This document shows positions 9,508 to 17,574 of a DNA stretch of 32,000 nt, in pieces (positions within the stretch are counted from its first letter, which is position 1; the number at the start of each line of letters is the position of its first letter). Origin of the DNA: Candidatus Jordarchaeales archaeon (lineage in GTDB: Archaea; Asgardarchaeota; Jordiarchaeia; Jordiarchaeales; Freyrarchaeaceae). A program made the translations under genes and the position numbers. The DNA is taken from NCBI GenBank assembly GCA_038889235.1, contig JAWAHN010000001.1, positions 120,001 to 152,000 on the forward strand, written 5' to 3'. Below the pieces are notes generated by a model. The model had not been told where the DNA came from. It ran no database searches and saw only the letters and a list, made by a program, of their open reading frames with translations.

Positions 9508-9975
9508 TTATTCCTCCTCTTCTTCAGGCCATCCTTCTTCCTCTTCCCATTCCTCTTCCCACTCTTCTTCCCATTCCTCTTCTTCTCCCCACTCTTCCTC
9601 TTCTTCCCATTCCTCCTCTTCTTCAGGCCACTCTTCTTCCTCTTCCCATTCCTCTTCTTCCTCTTCCCATTCTTCGTCTTCCTCGTAGGCGGGGCATAGA
9701 GCACAGTACACGGGGTGCGGGTTTATGAACCATTCATCGCCCCTCTTGACGACGTCGATTATGTATGGTTCACTCTTGGGCTCACTTTTCCAACACCAAC
9801 ACGTGCATATGCCGTCGTTGTAGAAAGCGCATGTATCCTTTTTGTCTTTCCCGTGGCTTTCTGCAGCTGTTACTAAGATGGCTAGCTTGTTAAGTGACTC
9901 TAACATTTCTTGGATTGCTACTCCCATTGAACTTTCAAAAATGTCTCTAATTCCGCCTGACAAAGTTGACACCAT
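9508..9975 (-). CDS. Hypothetical Cys-cluster (putative Zn-binding) protein with a 58-aa Trp-punctuated poly-Glu tail
   Basis: Motif C-x6-C-x-C-W-C-W...HPVYCALCP followed by EEDEE and nine W-led acidic units. ATG 9975 is preferred over the ORF-track start at 10053 because a BRE/TATA-like AAAACTTTAATATA lies about 35-45 nt upstream of it. Confidence 0.7.
   Translation of the reverse strand: MVSTLSGGIRDIFESSMGVAIQEMLESLNKLAILVTAAESHGKDKKDTCAFYNDGICTCWCWKSEPKSEPYIIDVVKRGDEWFINPHPVYCALCPAYEEDEEWEEEEEEWEEEEEWPEEEEEWEEEEEWGEEEEWEEEWEEEWEEEEGWPEEEEE
9511..9684. repeat. Low-complexity (GAA/GAG)n-TGG repeat encoding the W-E(n) tail
   Basis: Near-pure pyrimidine tract on the + strand made of TTC/CTC triplets punctuated by CCA. 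Confidence 0.9.
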
Positions 9976-10746
9976 CCTGATTTTAAACAATCTCCAGAAT
10001 GGAGAAATGTATATTAAAGTTTTGCGGGGGTCGACATGTAGACGGTGGAGCACATTCTGCGCTCGAATAAAGACTGCTTTGCGTTGCCTGTTTAAGGTTC
10101 GTTTAATTTCTGAAAATGCCAGCCGTGTCGTCTGAAAATTTCTCTGAGTCTGGCAATGCCTCCCAGACTACACGTGAGAAATGACGCTCAGCTATCCGAA
10201 AAATAATCACTTCACCTAAAGACGCTGCGGCTTTTGAGGAACATGATGTCATCGATTGGTTACAGCTGGAATGACAACGTCATCCTAGGACCGCGTTTCT
10301 TGATGCGCCTTGCTGTTATGTTAAAACCCTTTGCTGCGGCTCTTCTATATTCCTTGAAGACGCGGCGCGAGCACTATTAAAGTGGATTATCCAGCTGTAA
10401 GCGTAGCAGCACCATGGTTCAGAGGATTGAAAAAGCTGAACGTTCGCACGCATGATTTTTCCATGCGATTTCCAGATAGCTACTATTTTGGGAGCATTTA
10501 GGTTAAACTCTGCAATTTCCAGGGGCGGCTTAGAGGGAAGGTAAGGTTCGAAGACGACAGTAAATTTTGGGAGAGCTGGCTGACAAGTTGAAACTATTTC
10601 TTGTCGCATTCCCTGGAGATCTGTTTAATTCTCTTTATCGAAGTGAGCGGCTTTAACACTCTAAGAGTGAAGTTTTAGTCGGGGAGAGAGGATATTATGT
10701 AGATGGAGAGTGTAGTTTAGTTTGAGGAGCTTTTGGGGGAAGCTTA

Positions 10747-11922
10747 TTGAGAGACCTTGACAGGCTTGTTGAAGATTTGCTTAGTAAGGATGCTGAGAAG
10801 AGGAAATGGGCCACCCTGATGCTTGCTGAAATGGCTGAGGATGGGGTGACTAGTGATAGGGCTTTGCAGAGGCTTGTAGAGCTTCTCGACGACGCAGACG
10901 AAGGTGTGCGCATGGGTGCCACTTACGCTGTGGCTAGGTATGCTGAGAGAGCGGTGATGGATGAGAATGCTTTGGAGAAACTTGTTAGGCTTTTGGGTGA
11001 CTTAAACGTTAGGCTACGCGATATGGCTGCTTACGTCCTCGGTAAGTACGCTGAGAGGGGGATTGTTAGGCCCGGCGTACTTAAAGAGCTCGTAGGTCTC
11101 TTAGAGGACGGGAGTGAAGATGTGCGTATGAGCGCCGTTTATGCTGTCGCAGCTTACGCCTTAAGGGGGCTTGTGGATGCTGAAGCGTTAAAGAGACTGG
11201 TCAGATTGCTTGGGGAGAAGGATGAAAGTGTGCGTAACATGGCGGCGTGGACGCTTGGTAGTTATGCTGAAAGGGGACTCGTTGAGCGCGATGCGCCGAG
11301 GAAGCTGGCCGAGCTACTTGAGGACAAGAACGGAGATGTGCGAGGAAGTGCTGCCTGGGCCCTTGTCAAGTACGCTGAAAAAGGACTTACATGCTCGGAC
11401 GCCGTGAAGAAGCTTGTAAAGCTGCTAGAGGATGAAGGGGTGGAGGCGCGCTTAAATGCGGCGTGGGCTCTCTCAATGTACGCTCTGAATGGCTACACAA
11501 ATCCGGACGCGCTTGGAAAGCTTGTGAAGCTGTTAAGCGATGAAAGGGAAGAAGTGCGTGACGTTGCAGCTTACACGCTGGCGCTCTATGCCGAAAGAGG
11601 GTTAACGCAGCCCGATGCTATGGAGAAACTCGCTAAACTGTTGGATGAAGAGGGGGACGAGGTGAGAAGTAGCGCTGCGTGGGCCCTTGGAGAATATGCT
11701 GGGAGGGGGTTTACGCACATGGAGGCATTAGAAAAGCTTGTCGGGCTGCTTGAAGATTGGAACGTTGAAGTGCGAAGGGGGGCTGTCTACGCGGTTGCCA
11801 GGTATGCAGAGATGGGGCTTAAACATCCTGATGCGCTTCATAAGCTTTCGAAGCTTCTTAAGGACGAGGATAGAGAAGTACGTGAGATAGCGAGCTACGC
11901 TTACAGTTATTACGAGAAGTAG
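10747..11922 (+). CDS. HEAT-like repeat protein, 11 repeats of 36 aa (last one truncated); paralog of 7509..8642
   Basis: Same consensus LVxLLxDxxxxVRxxA(A/V)(Y/W)ALxxYAxxG. TTG start with a GGGGGA site upstream. Confidence 0.9.
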   Translation: MRDLDRLVEDLLSKDAEKRKWATLMLAEMAEDGVTSDRALQRLVELLDDADEGVRMGATYAVARYAERAVMDENALEKLVRLLGDLNVRLRDMAAYVLGKYAERGIVRPGVLKELVGLLEDGSEDVRMSAVYAVAAYALRGLVDAEALKRLVRLLGEKDESVRNMAAWTLGSYAERGLVERDAPRKLAELLEDKNGDVRGSAAWALVKYAEKGLTCSDAVKKLVKLLEDEGVEARLNAAWALSMYALNGYTNPDALGKLVKLLSDEREEVRDVAAYTLALYAERGLTQPDAMEKLAKLLDEEGDEVRSSAAWALGEYAGRGFTHMEALEKLVGLLEDWNVEVRRGAVYAVARYAEMGLKHPDALHKLSKLLKDEDREVREIASYAYSYYEK

Positions 11923-11951
11923 TAGGTGCGCTCTTCTGGCAGGCGCTAACT

Positions 11952-12857
11952 TCACTTACCCTTTGTTTTAGACTTATTCTTCAGGACAAAGTATAGAAGG
12001 CCGAGTTCTCCCGTTATATTGGCGTCAACTGGAACCGGCTGGAACTCCTGCGTGTATATTGCTTCTATTGTGAACCCTCCTTCTTCAGCCAGCTTTTTCA
12101 AGTCATCGTAGTACCATAGTCTGAGCACGTGTTCCTCTTCGAGCTCAAAAAATCTTCCGTTATCCTGAATTTCCATTCTAAAGTTGACGTAGCGGAGCTT
12201 TCTCACTCTGTCATAGCGGTATGGCCTCCAAGTGGCGACTATTCTTACACCGTCGTCCTCCGCAACCCATGTTTCATCCGGAGTCCACTCGTTTTCAATG
12301 TTCTGGCAGGCGCATGCCAACTCCACTATGTAAAGTCCTCCTTCCACCAGGGACTCGGACATGCACTTGAAGTGACTTAGTATTTTTTCGTCCGTCTGAA
12401 GGTATCCGAGACTACTTATAGTTATAATGGCTGCGTCGAACTTCTCGTCGAACTTCATGTTAGCCATGTCGCCTAAGATCGCCTTCGCTATACCTTGGAG
12501 GCCAGCTTTCCTTATTTTCTCGTTTGCATACTCGACCATTTCCGGGCTAATGTCGTACCCGACTATTTGGTAGCCATACTTGGGAAATGCGAGCAAATAT
12601 ATGCCGCTACCGCAGGCTGGTTCAAGAATTCTCTTAACTTCGAAATCACAGTATTTTTTGAAACAATTTATGAAGAAGTTTATTTCCTTTGAAACGTCAC
12701 GGGAAAACGCAATATCATAATATCTGGGAAGACAGTAAATTTTATGCTCTCCTTCATCTGACTCCTTGTCTGCGCAAGTGTCAGAGCGCACGCCTAGCGT
12801 TCCACTAGGAGCAGAGCCACGCGAAGGAAGCGTTGATGCAGAAGAATTCCCCACCAT
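11952..12857 (-). CDS. Class I SAM-dependent methyltransferase
   Basis: Motif I ILEPACGSG, then GYDISPEMV, GDMANM, FDAAI and LVEGGLYIVE. The ATG at 12857 has GGAGGGG upstream; the ORF-track start is 12875. N-terminal ~35 aa look disordered. Confidence 0.9.
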   Translation of the reverse strand: MVGNSSASTLPSRGSAPSGTLGVRSDTCADKESDEGEHKIYCLPRYYDIAFSRDVSKEINFFINCFKKYCDFEVKRILEPACGSGIYLLAFPKYGYQIVGYDISPEMVEYANEKIRKAGLQGIAKAILGDMANMKFDEKFDAAIITISSLGYLQTDEKILSHFKCMSESLVEGGLYIVELACACQNIENEWTPDETWVAEDDGVRIVATWRPYRYDRVRKLRYVNFRMEIQDNGRFFELEEEHVLRLWYYDDLKKLAEEGGFTIEAIYTQEFQPVPVDANITGELGLLYFVLKNKSKTKGK

Positions 12858-13063
12858 GACAACCCCTCCGGGCAAGGACAGGAAAACTTTCGCACCGAAT
12901 CAAAACATGCAACTAACCGCGTTACATTTGCCTTTTAACGATTTCACTTTTCTTTTTTTTATTCTTTACTATCATTTCCCTTTTTAACTCCTATTCCTCT
13001 TTTTTAATTTTGTGTCGCAATCGAATTGTTTCGAAGCATATTGTTCTGAGCGCTTGACAGCGA

Positions 13064-14377
13064 CTATAGAATTGCTAAGAAAGCCCAGTATGTTATAACG
13101 CATATGATGGTTAGTGGTGCTCCTATTTTGACGAACTCGAAGAAGGTGAGCGTTTGGTTGTCTCTTTCAGCGTTTTGGATTATTATGACGTTGCTCGCTG
13201 CTCCGAGTATGGTTAAGTTTCCGGCGATTGTGCTTCCGGCTGCGAGCGCTACCAGTTGCTTTGTTGAAGTTCCTCCTAGCAGACCCATGACCTCCGGGTA
13301 GAGGTGGGCGTATGGGATGTTTAGTAGCTGGCTTAGCAGTTCGTTATAGTATTTTAGGAGGGGGAGGTATAGCGCCACGAATGGAACATTGGAGATGAAT
13401 TGGCTTACGATAACGCTGGTTGCAAGTATTGTCGGAATAGAGGCTATGCCGGGGTTAAAGCCTATGAAGGATTGGAAGAAACCTGAGTCCCAGACGCTCT
13501 TCATAAGGATGAACATTGAGGCGAAGAATATCAGGGTGTACCAGTCGATGTTTTTTAGTATTTCAAATCTCCGCTTGCTGAATATGAGTATTGGGGCTGC
13601 CGCCACTAGGGCAATGTAGGTTAACCTGAACTCCGCAGCAAACCCGACGAAAACTAGCAGGATTTTCACGGCGATCATGGCGACGATCAAAATTAAGGAC
13701 ACTTTGGAAAGTATGGCAAGCTTCTCGTCACTGATAGGCTCCTGGTTCTGGTTGTTTAGATTTTTGCCGAACTCTCTCCTGTAGAATATTCTTAGTAGGA
13801 GGTATGCGGCGATGAAGCAGATCATGGTTGGGATAGTTAGATACTTGAAGAAGTCTATAAAGGGATTCTTCATGTTTCCCCCTATAGCTATTAATAGGTT
13901 TTGAGGGTTCCCTATTGGGCTCATGACGCTTCCAACAGTCACAGCGAACGCTAGAGAGAGTAGCAAGAGTTTCGGTGAAATACCATGTTTCTTGGAGAAG
14001 TATACCATGAGGGGGGTTCCTATTATCGCCAGTGTGTCGTTCATCAGGATGGCGGAGAGCAGACCCATACTGAAGAGAATGGTTAAGACAAGGTGGTCTA
14101 CGCTTTTAGCCCTCTTGAAGATCCTATATGAGAAGTTGAGTAGGTATCCGCTGCGCGTCAAGGCTTCTCCAACGACGAACATTCCGAACAGGAAGAGCAT
14201 GACATCTAGGTCTATTGCATGCAGAGCCTTGATCGGCGAGATTTCCTGAGCTAGCAGGACTGCTATTGCTCCACCGAGCATTATCTGCCAGATCTTAAGC
14301 CTAACTCTACCTATCTGTCTGATGGCGATCAGAACGAAAACAACAAAAAGGACTATCACTGAAATGCTGATGTGCAT
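13064..14377 (-). CDS. ArsB/NhaD (IT superfamily) anion or ion permease
   Basis: About 11-12 hydrophobic segments, with ILMNDT, SPIGNPQNL, ISNVP and STIAGNLTILGAASNVII motifs. GAGGTG SD site upstream. Confidence 0.88.
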   Translation of the reverse strand: MHISISVIVLFVVFVLIAIRQIGRVRLKIWQIMLGGAIAVLLAQEISPIKALHAIDLDVMLFLFGMFVVGEALTRSGYLLNFSYRIFKRAKSVDHLVLTILFSMGLLSAILMNDTLAIIGTPLMVYFSKKHGISPKLLLLSLAFAVTVGSVMSPIGNPQNLLIAIGGNMKNPFIDFFKYLTIPTMICFIAAYLLLRIFYRREFGKNLNNQNQEPISDEKLAILSKVSLILIVAMIAVKILLVFVGFAAEFRLTYIALVAAAPILIFSKRRFEILKNIDWYTLIFFASMFILMKSVWDSGFFQSFIGFNPGIASIPTILATSVIVSQFISNVPFVALYLPLLKYYNELLSQLLNIPYAHLYPEVMGLLGGTSTKQLVALAAGSTIAGNLTILGAASNVIIIQNAERDNQTLTFFEFVKIGAPLTIICVITYWAFLAIL

Positions 14378-15208
14378 TGGCTATCACCTCGCTTACTGCA
14401 ACGCGCTGAGAACACCGGACGGTATGCGACCTGAAAAATTAACATGGAAAGGTCTTAAGATGTTGAAACATTGAGAAAACGACGGAGGAAAAGCCAGGTA
14501 AAGAGTGTACATTAAACGGTAAAATGAGAAGTGATTAGCATTTCCAGCATTAGTCTGCATTTGAGGTCCCTTCATTAGACCGCACTTTATGCTCTGTCGG
14601 CATTCGTCCCCTTTGGAGGGGAAAAAAATTATGGCCAAGATATAAACTTTTTCGTAACTCTAACACGCGCGTAGGATTGACGATGACCACTTTGGAAAAG
14701 AGTTTGTTCTAGGAGGGACGATCAAAAAAAAAGTTGGGCAGCGGCAGTTTTCATCATACCGTTTCTTTTGCGAAAGAAGATTAACATTATGAGGATTAAT
14801 AACTGTCATTCTCATATCCTGCCGGTAATTTCCGCTTTGTGTACGCCAGTCAAAATCCATCCAAGTTACAATTAACGGGTTCTTTAAAATGAATGACCAG
14901 CCGTACTTGAGACTGTGAACTTCGCCACCCTTTTTACTGACATGTGCAAGGCCTCCAGGCCGGCCTATTTTCTCGAAGAGTTTGCCAACGAACTTTCCAG
15001 ATGACAAAATAAACCAGTATTCGGCCATTTATCGTAAAACGAGAGCAGGATGGAAGCTTAAAAGTCCTAAGGCGCCACCTGACCACATAGTCTGGCAACT
15101 GAGCTAAGTCGCTTTCCTTGGGTTTTGCCTAAAATGTTTCAGTCTCTTTTGTTCACCGAATTTTACAAACGGATGGACAAAACCCCTTTCAGGATTTTTC
15201 CTAGTCTT

Positions 15209-15562
15209 TCAGAGTCCAGCTTTCTTTTTGAACGCTTCTAACACTGTTTTCCACGATGATTCCGCCATGGACAACAAATCCTTCGCCTCCTCTAATGTGA
15301 AGAGCTTGTCACCGTGATCCGCTCGTTTCCTCGCTTGAAAAAGAACTCTCATAGCGTAAGCGACATCCTTCATTCCTAAGCTTTGAATAGTGTTTGCAAG
15401 TTTATCGTCCTTCTTCGAGTATTGGGCTCCTAGAGAGTCAAGGTACCTTTCCACGACCATTCTAAGAGCGAAGTATGCGGCGCTTACAGCCTTGTTGTAA
15501 CATCCGACCTCGATGTCCCTTTTCGCCTCATCTAGCAGAACCTTCGACTTCGCCACGCTCAA
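15209..15562 (-). CDS. HEPN-domain protein (putative RNase toxin)
   Basis: LDEAKRDIEVGCYNKAVSAAYFA helix pattern; R-x4-H motif RKRADH; C-terminal TLEEAKDLLSMAE. Located just downstream of an MNT-like gene. Confidence 0.85.
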   Translation of the reverse strand: MSVAKSKVLLDEAKRDIEVGCYNKAVSAAYFALRMVVERYLDSLGAQYSKKDDKLANTIQSLGMKDVAYAMRVLFQARKRADHGDKLFTLEEAKDLLSMAESSWKTVLEAFKKKAGL

Positions 15563-15575
15563 ACGCCCAGACCTC

Positions 15576-16190
15576 TTAGGACGACAAATCCACGGTGAAG
15601 CTCGATGGGAAGATGCTTACCAACGGGTCTTTTGGCGTGCAGATGATTGGGCTTAGCATGCCGTGTAGACCGGTCTGTTTTTCGGCTTCCATGGCTGCGT
15701 CCACAACCAGCCTCTCAACAAACTTCACCTCGCTCTCCACGACGACGAGCACGTTGCTATCGTAAACACGCTCCTCCGGCCCAGATAAGGCGGCAACCTT
15801 CACAACACCCGGAACAAGCCTCCTCAACTCACCAGCAAAAACCTCCACAAGCCTAACCCAGTCAGCATCCCGCACCTCCCGCTCCTCGATCATGCTCATG
15901 AAGTGTTCCAAAAGAGGGTCTTTTGGCGTGCAGATGATTGGGCTTAGCATGCCGTGTAGACCGGTCTGTTTTTCGGCTTCCATGGCTGCGTCCACAACTA
16001 GCCTCTCAACAAACTTCACCTCGCTCTCCACGACGACGAGCACGTTGCTATCGTAAACACGCTCCTCCGGCCCGGATAAGGCGGCAACCTTCACAACACC
16101 CGGAACAAGCCTCCTCAACTCACCAGCAAAAACCTCCACAAGCCTAACCCAGCGCTCGTCAGCCCTAAGGTCAAAGTAAACGCCAAGCAT
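15576..16190 (-). CDS. Degenerate minimal-nucleotidyltransferase-like antitoxin with two identical 80-aa domains
   Basis: Each domain has an alpha-beta...(D)SNVLVVV...alpha...SPII layout like MNT, but lacks G[GS] and has D-S-N in place of DxD. Its position upstream of HEPN is typical of MNT-HEPN pairs. Confidence 0.65.
   Translation of the reverse strand: MLGVYFDLRADERWVRLVEVFAGELRRLVPGVVKVAALSGPEERVYDSNVLVVVESEVKFVERLVVDAAMEAEKQTGLHGMLSPIICTPKDPLLEHFMSMIEEREVRDADWVRLVEVFAGELRRLVPGVVKVAALSGPEERVYDSNVLVVVESEVKFVERLVVDAAMEAEKQTGLHGMLSPIICTPKDPLVSIFPSSFTVDLSS
15625..16152. repeat. Direct repeat, 2 x 237 bp with 291-bp period (15625-15861 and 15916-16152)
   Basis: Manual alignment shows two mismatches (15708 C vs 15999 T; 15783 A vs 16074 G), both synonymous, and a unique 54-bp spacer. 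Confidence 0.95.
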
Positions 16191-16453
16191 ATCGACACCA
16201 CTCTTAACTACTTCGCGGCAACTTTTTTATGTTTCCTTTTTCGCAACTCGCTCCGTAGTTTCAGACGCGTGAACTCAAACAACTAAGCTAGAATTTTTGA
16301 TAAGTGAAACCCAGACACTGCATTTGAATTTACAAGACGCGCTACAAAGGGGAACCCTGGAGACTGTAAAAACTTAAAGAAGAAAAGTCAGAAGATCAAT
16401 AACTTTCCCAGGCAGGTGAGAAAGGTGAGGGACGCTTGGCTGCTTAGCAGTTG

Positions 16454-16858
16454 CTACCTGCTGAAGGGTATTCTGGTTACTCCCAGCCTGTCGAATGACT
16501 GGTCGTCTGAGACCACTTTCCCATCAACTCTCTTTGCTGAAACTGCTATTAATGCGTCGAATAAGGTCACTCCCTCGCTGAGGAGCTTCACGGCGTCGGC
16601 GAAGTCTTTCACTTCAAATCCAGCTAGAAAGCGCAACCTGTACTCCTTCATGATGACTTCCAAGGCTGACAAGAGGTCTACGATGTCCTTGCAGGGGACC
16701 CCCTTCGACCGCAGGACTAGGATTAGCTCGAGCACTACGAATTCGGGAATATAGTAGTCTCCGCTGGTTTTCGCCTCTTCCAGGACTTTAACGGAGTGTT
16801 TGTGGTGTTTGTCATCGGGGTTAAACGCGAAGATGACTTGTGTGTCTAAGGCGGGCAA
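16454..16858 (-). CDS. vapC: PIN-domain VapC-family toxin
   Basis: ALDTQV, VVLEL, LFDALIAV and VVSDDQSFD acidic PIN residues. GAGGTG SD site overlaps the end of the upstream gene. Confidence 0.9.
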   Translation of the reverse strand: MPALDTQVIFAFNPDDKHHKHSVKVLEEAKTSGDYYIPEFVVLELILVLRSKGVPCKDIVDLLSALEVIMKEYRLRFLAGFEVKDFADAVKLLSEGVTLFDALIAVSAKRVDGKVVSDDQSFDRLGVTRIPFSR

Positions 16859-16862
16859 TGTG

Positions 16863-17120
16863 TCACCTCGCCTCGTCGATTAAAAACTTTTCGCACTCTT
16901 CGCGCACTTGCCTACTCCACTCGATCCCGCTTAGCACCCTCCTAAAAACTTCGAAAGCCTCTTCCCTGACGGGTGTCATTATGATGCGCTCGCCCTCAAC
17001 GTTCACACGGAGAAGATCACCCTTCTTAAGCGAAAGCTTCTTCCGTACACTCTTAGGAAGCACCACAACGAAACGCTCACCTACACGTACAAACTCTTCC
17101 AATCCAACCACCCTCAGCAC
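16863..17120 (-). CDS. AbrB/MazE/SpoVT-family DNA-binding antitoxin
   Basis: VRVGERFVVVLPKSVRKKLSLKKGDLLRVNVEGERIIMTP swapped-hairpin signature; directly upstream of vapC. Confidence 0.9.
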   Translation of the reverse strand: MLRVVGLEEFVRVGERFVVVLPKSVRKKLSLKKGDLLRVNVEGERIIMTPVREEAFEVFRRVLSGIEWSRQVREECEKFLIDEAR

Positions 17121-17125
17121 GAATG

Positions 17126-17154
17126 AAACAAATGTTAGACAAACAATTTAAATC
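17126..17154 (-). promoter_or_regulatory. Candidate TATA box plus inverted-repeat operator of the abrB-vapC operon
   Basis: TTTAAAT at 17147-17153, about 30 nt upstream of the start; TGTT-N5-AACA at 17133-17145 and AACA-N2-TGTT at 17127-17136 lie between the TATA box and the start. Confidence 0.4.
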
Positions 17155-17574
17155 TGACTGATAAACCGAAATCATTCAAACTGAGTTCTAGTGTGAACTC
17201 AGGTAGCCGGAGGAAGAACTCAATCTCTAAGCCTCCTTTAAAACAAGAAAACTCTTCCGTTTTCACAATTTACTTTAACGAAGAAAGAATGAACCGCCAG
17301 CTGAACTGCTCTGGCATCTCTGTGCAGATGCGGAACTAATTCACAGCGCTTGCTCCTAGTAACTCTTTAGAGGAATAGTGAAGTCTCACTAGACCTCAAA
17401 AAGACCTTGCCAGTTTTTCAGGTTAACAGTAAAGGACACACTTTCACTTCTTAGGGATCCCGCGGTTAATTTCTTGTTGTCGCGAAGGAGAATAAAAAAT
17501 AACTTTAATCGTTTAACATTCGGCATGAAAAAGATGTGCAAGGAAGGCCCCTTAAAGGGGAGGTAAAAGAAGAC

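Noticed and set aside
9393-9704. Lys/Arg-rich ORF (minus strand) and Ser/His-rich ORF 9485..9688 (plus strand)
   Set aside because: Alternative readings of the GAA/GAG repeat; only the Glu/Trp frame joins a folded-looking domain with a promoter.
10316-10609. 97-aa minus-strand ORF
   Set aside because: No motif, atypical composition and no clear SD site.
14393-15028. ORFs 14393..14638 and 14660..15028
   Set aside because: No recognisable family; the second crosses a T9 run resembling a terminator. A small real protein cannot be fully excluded.
15647-16147. Twin 69-aa plus-strand ORFs
   Set aside because: Antisense by-products of the 237-bp direct repeat.
15625-16152. Direct repeat as a CRISPR array or IS/att site
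   Set aside because: Only two long, in-frame coding copies; no short repeat-spacer pattern, transposase or integrase.
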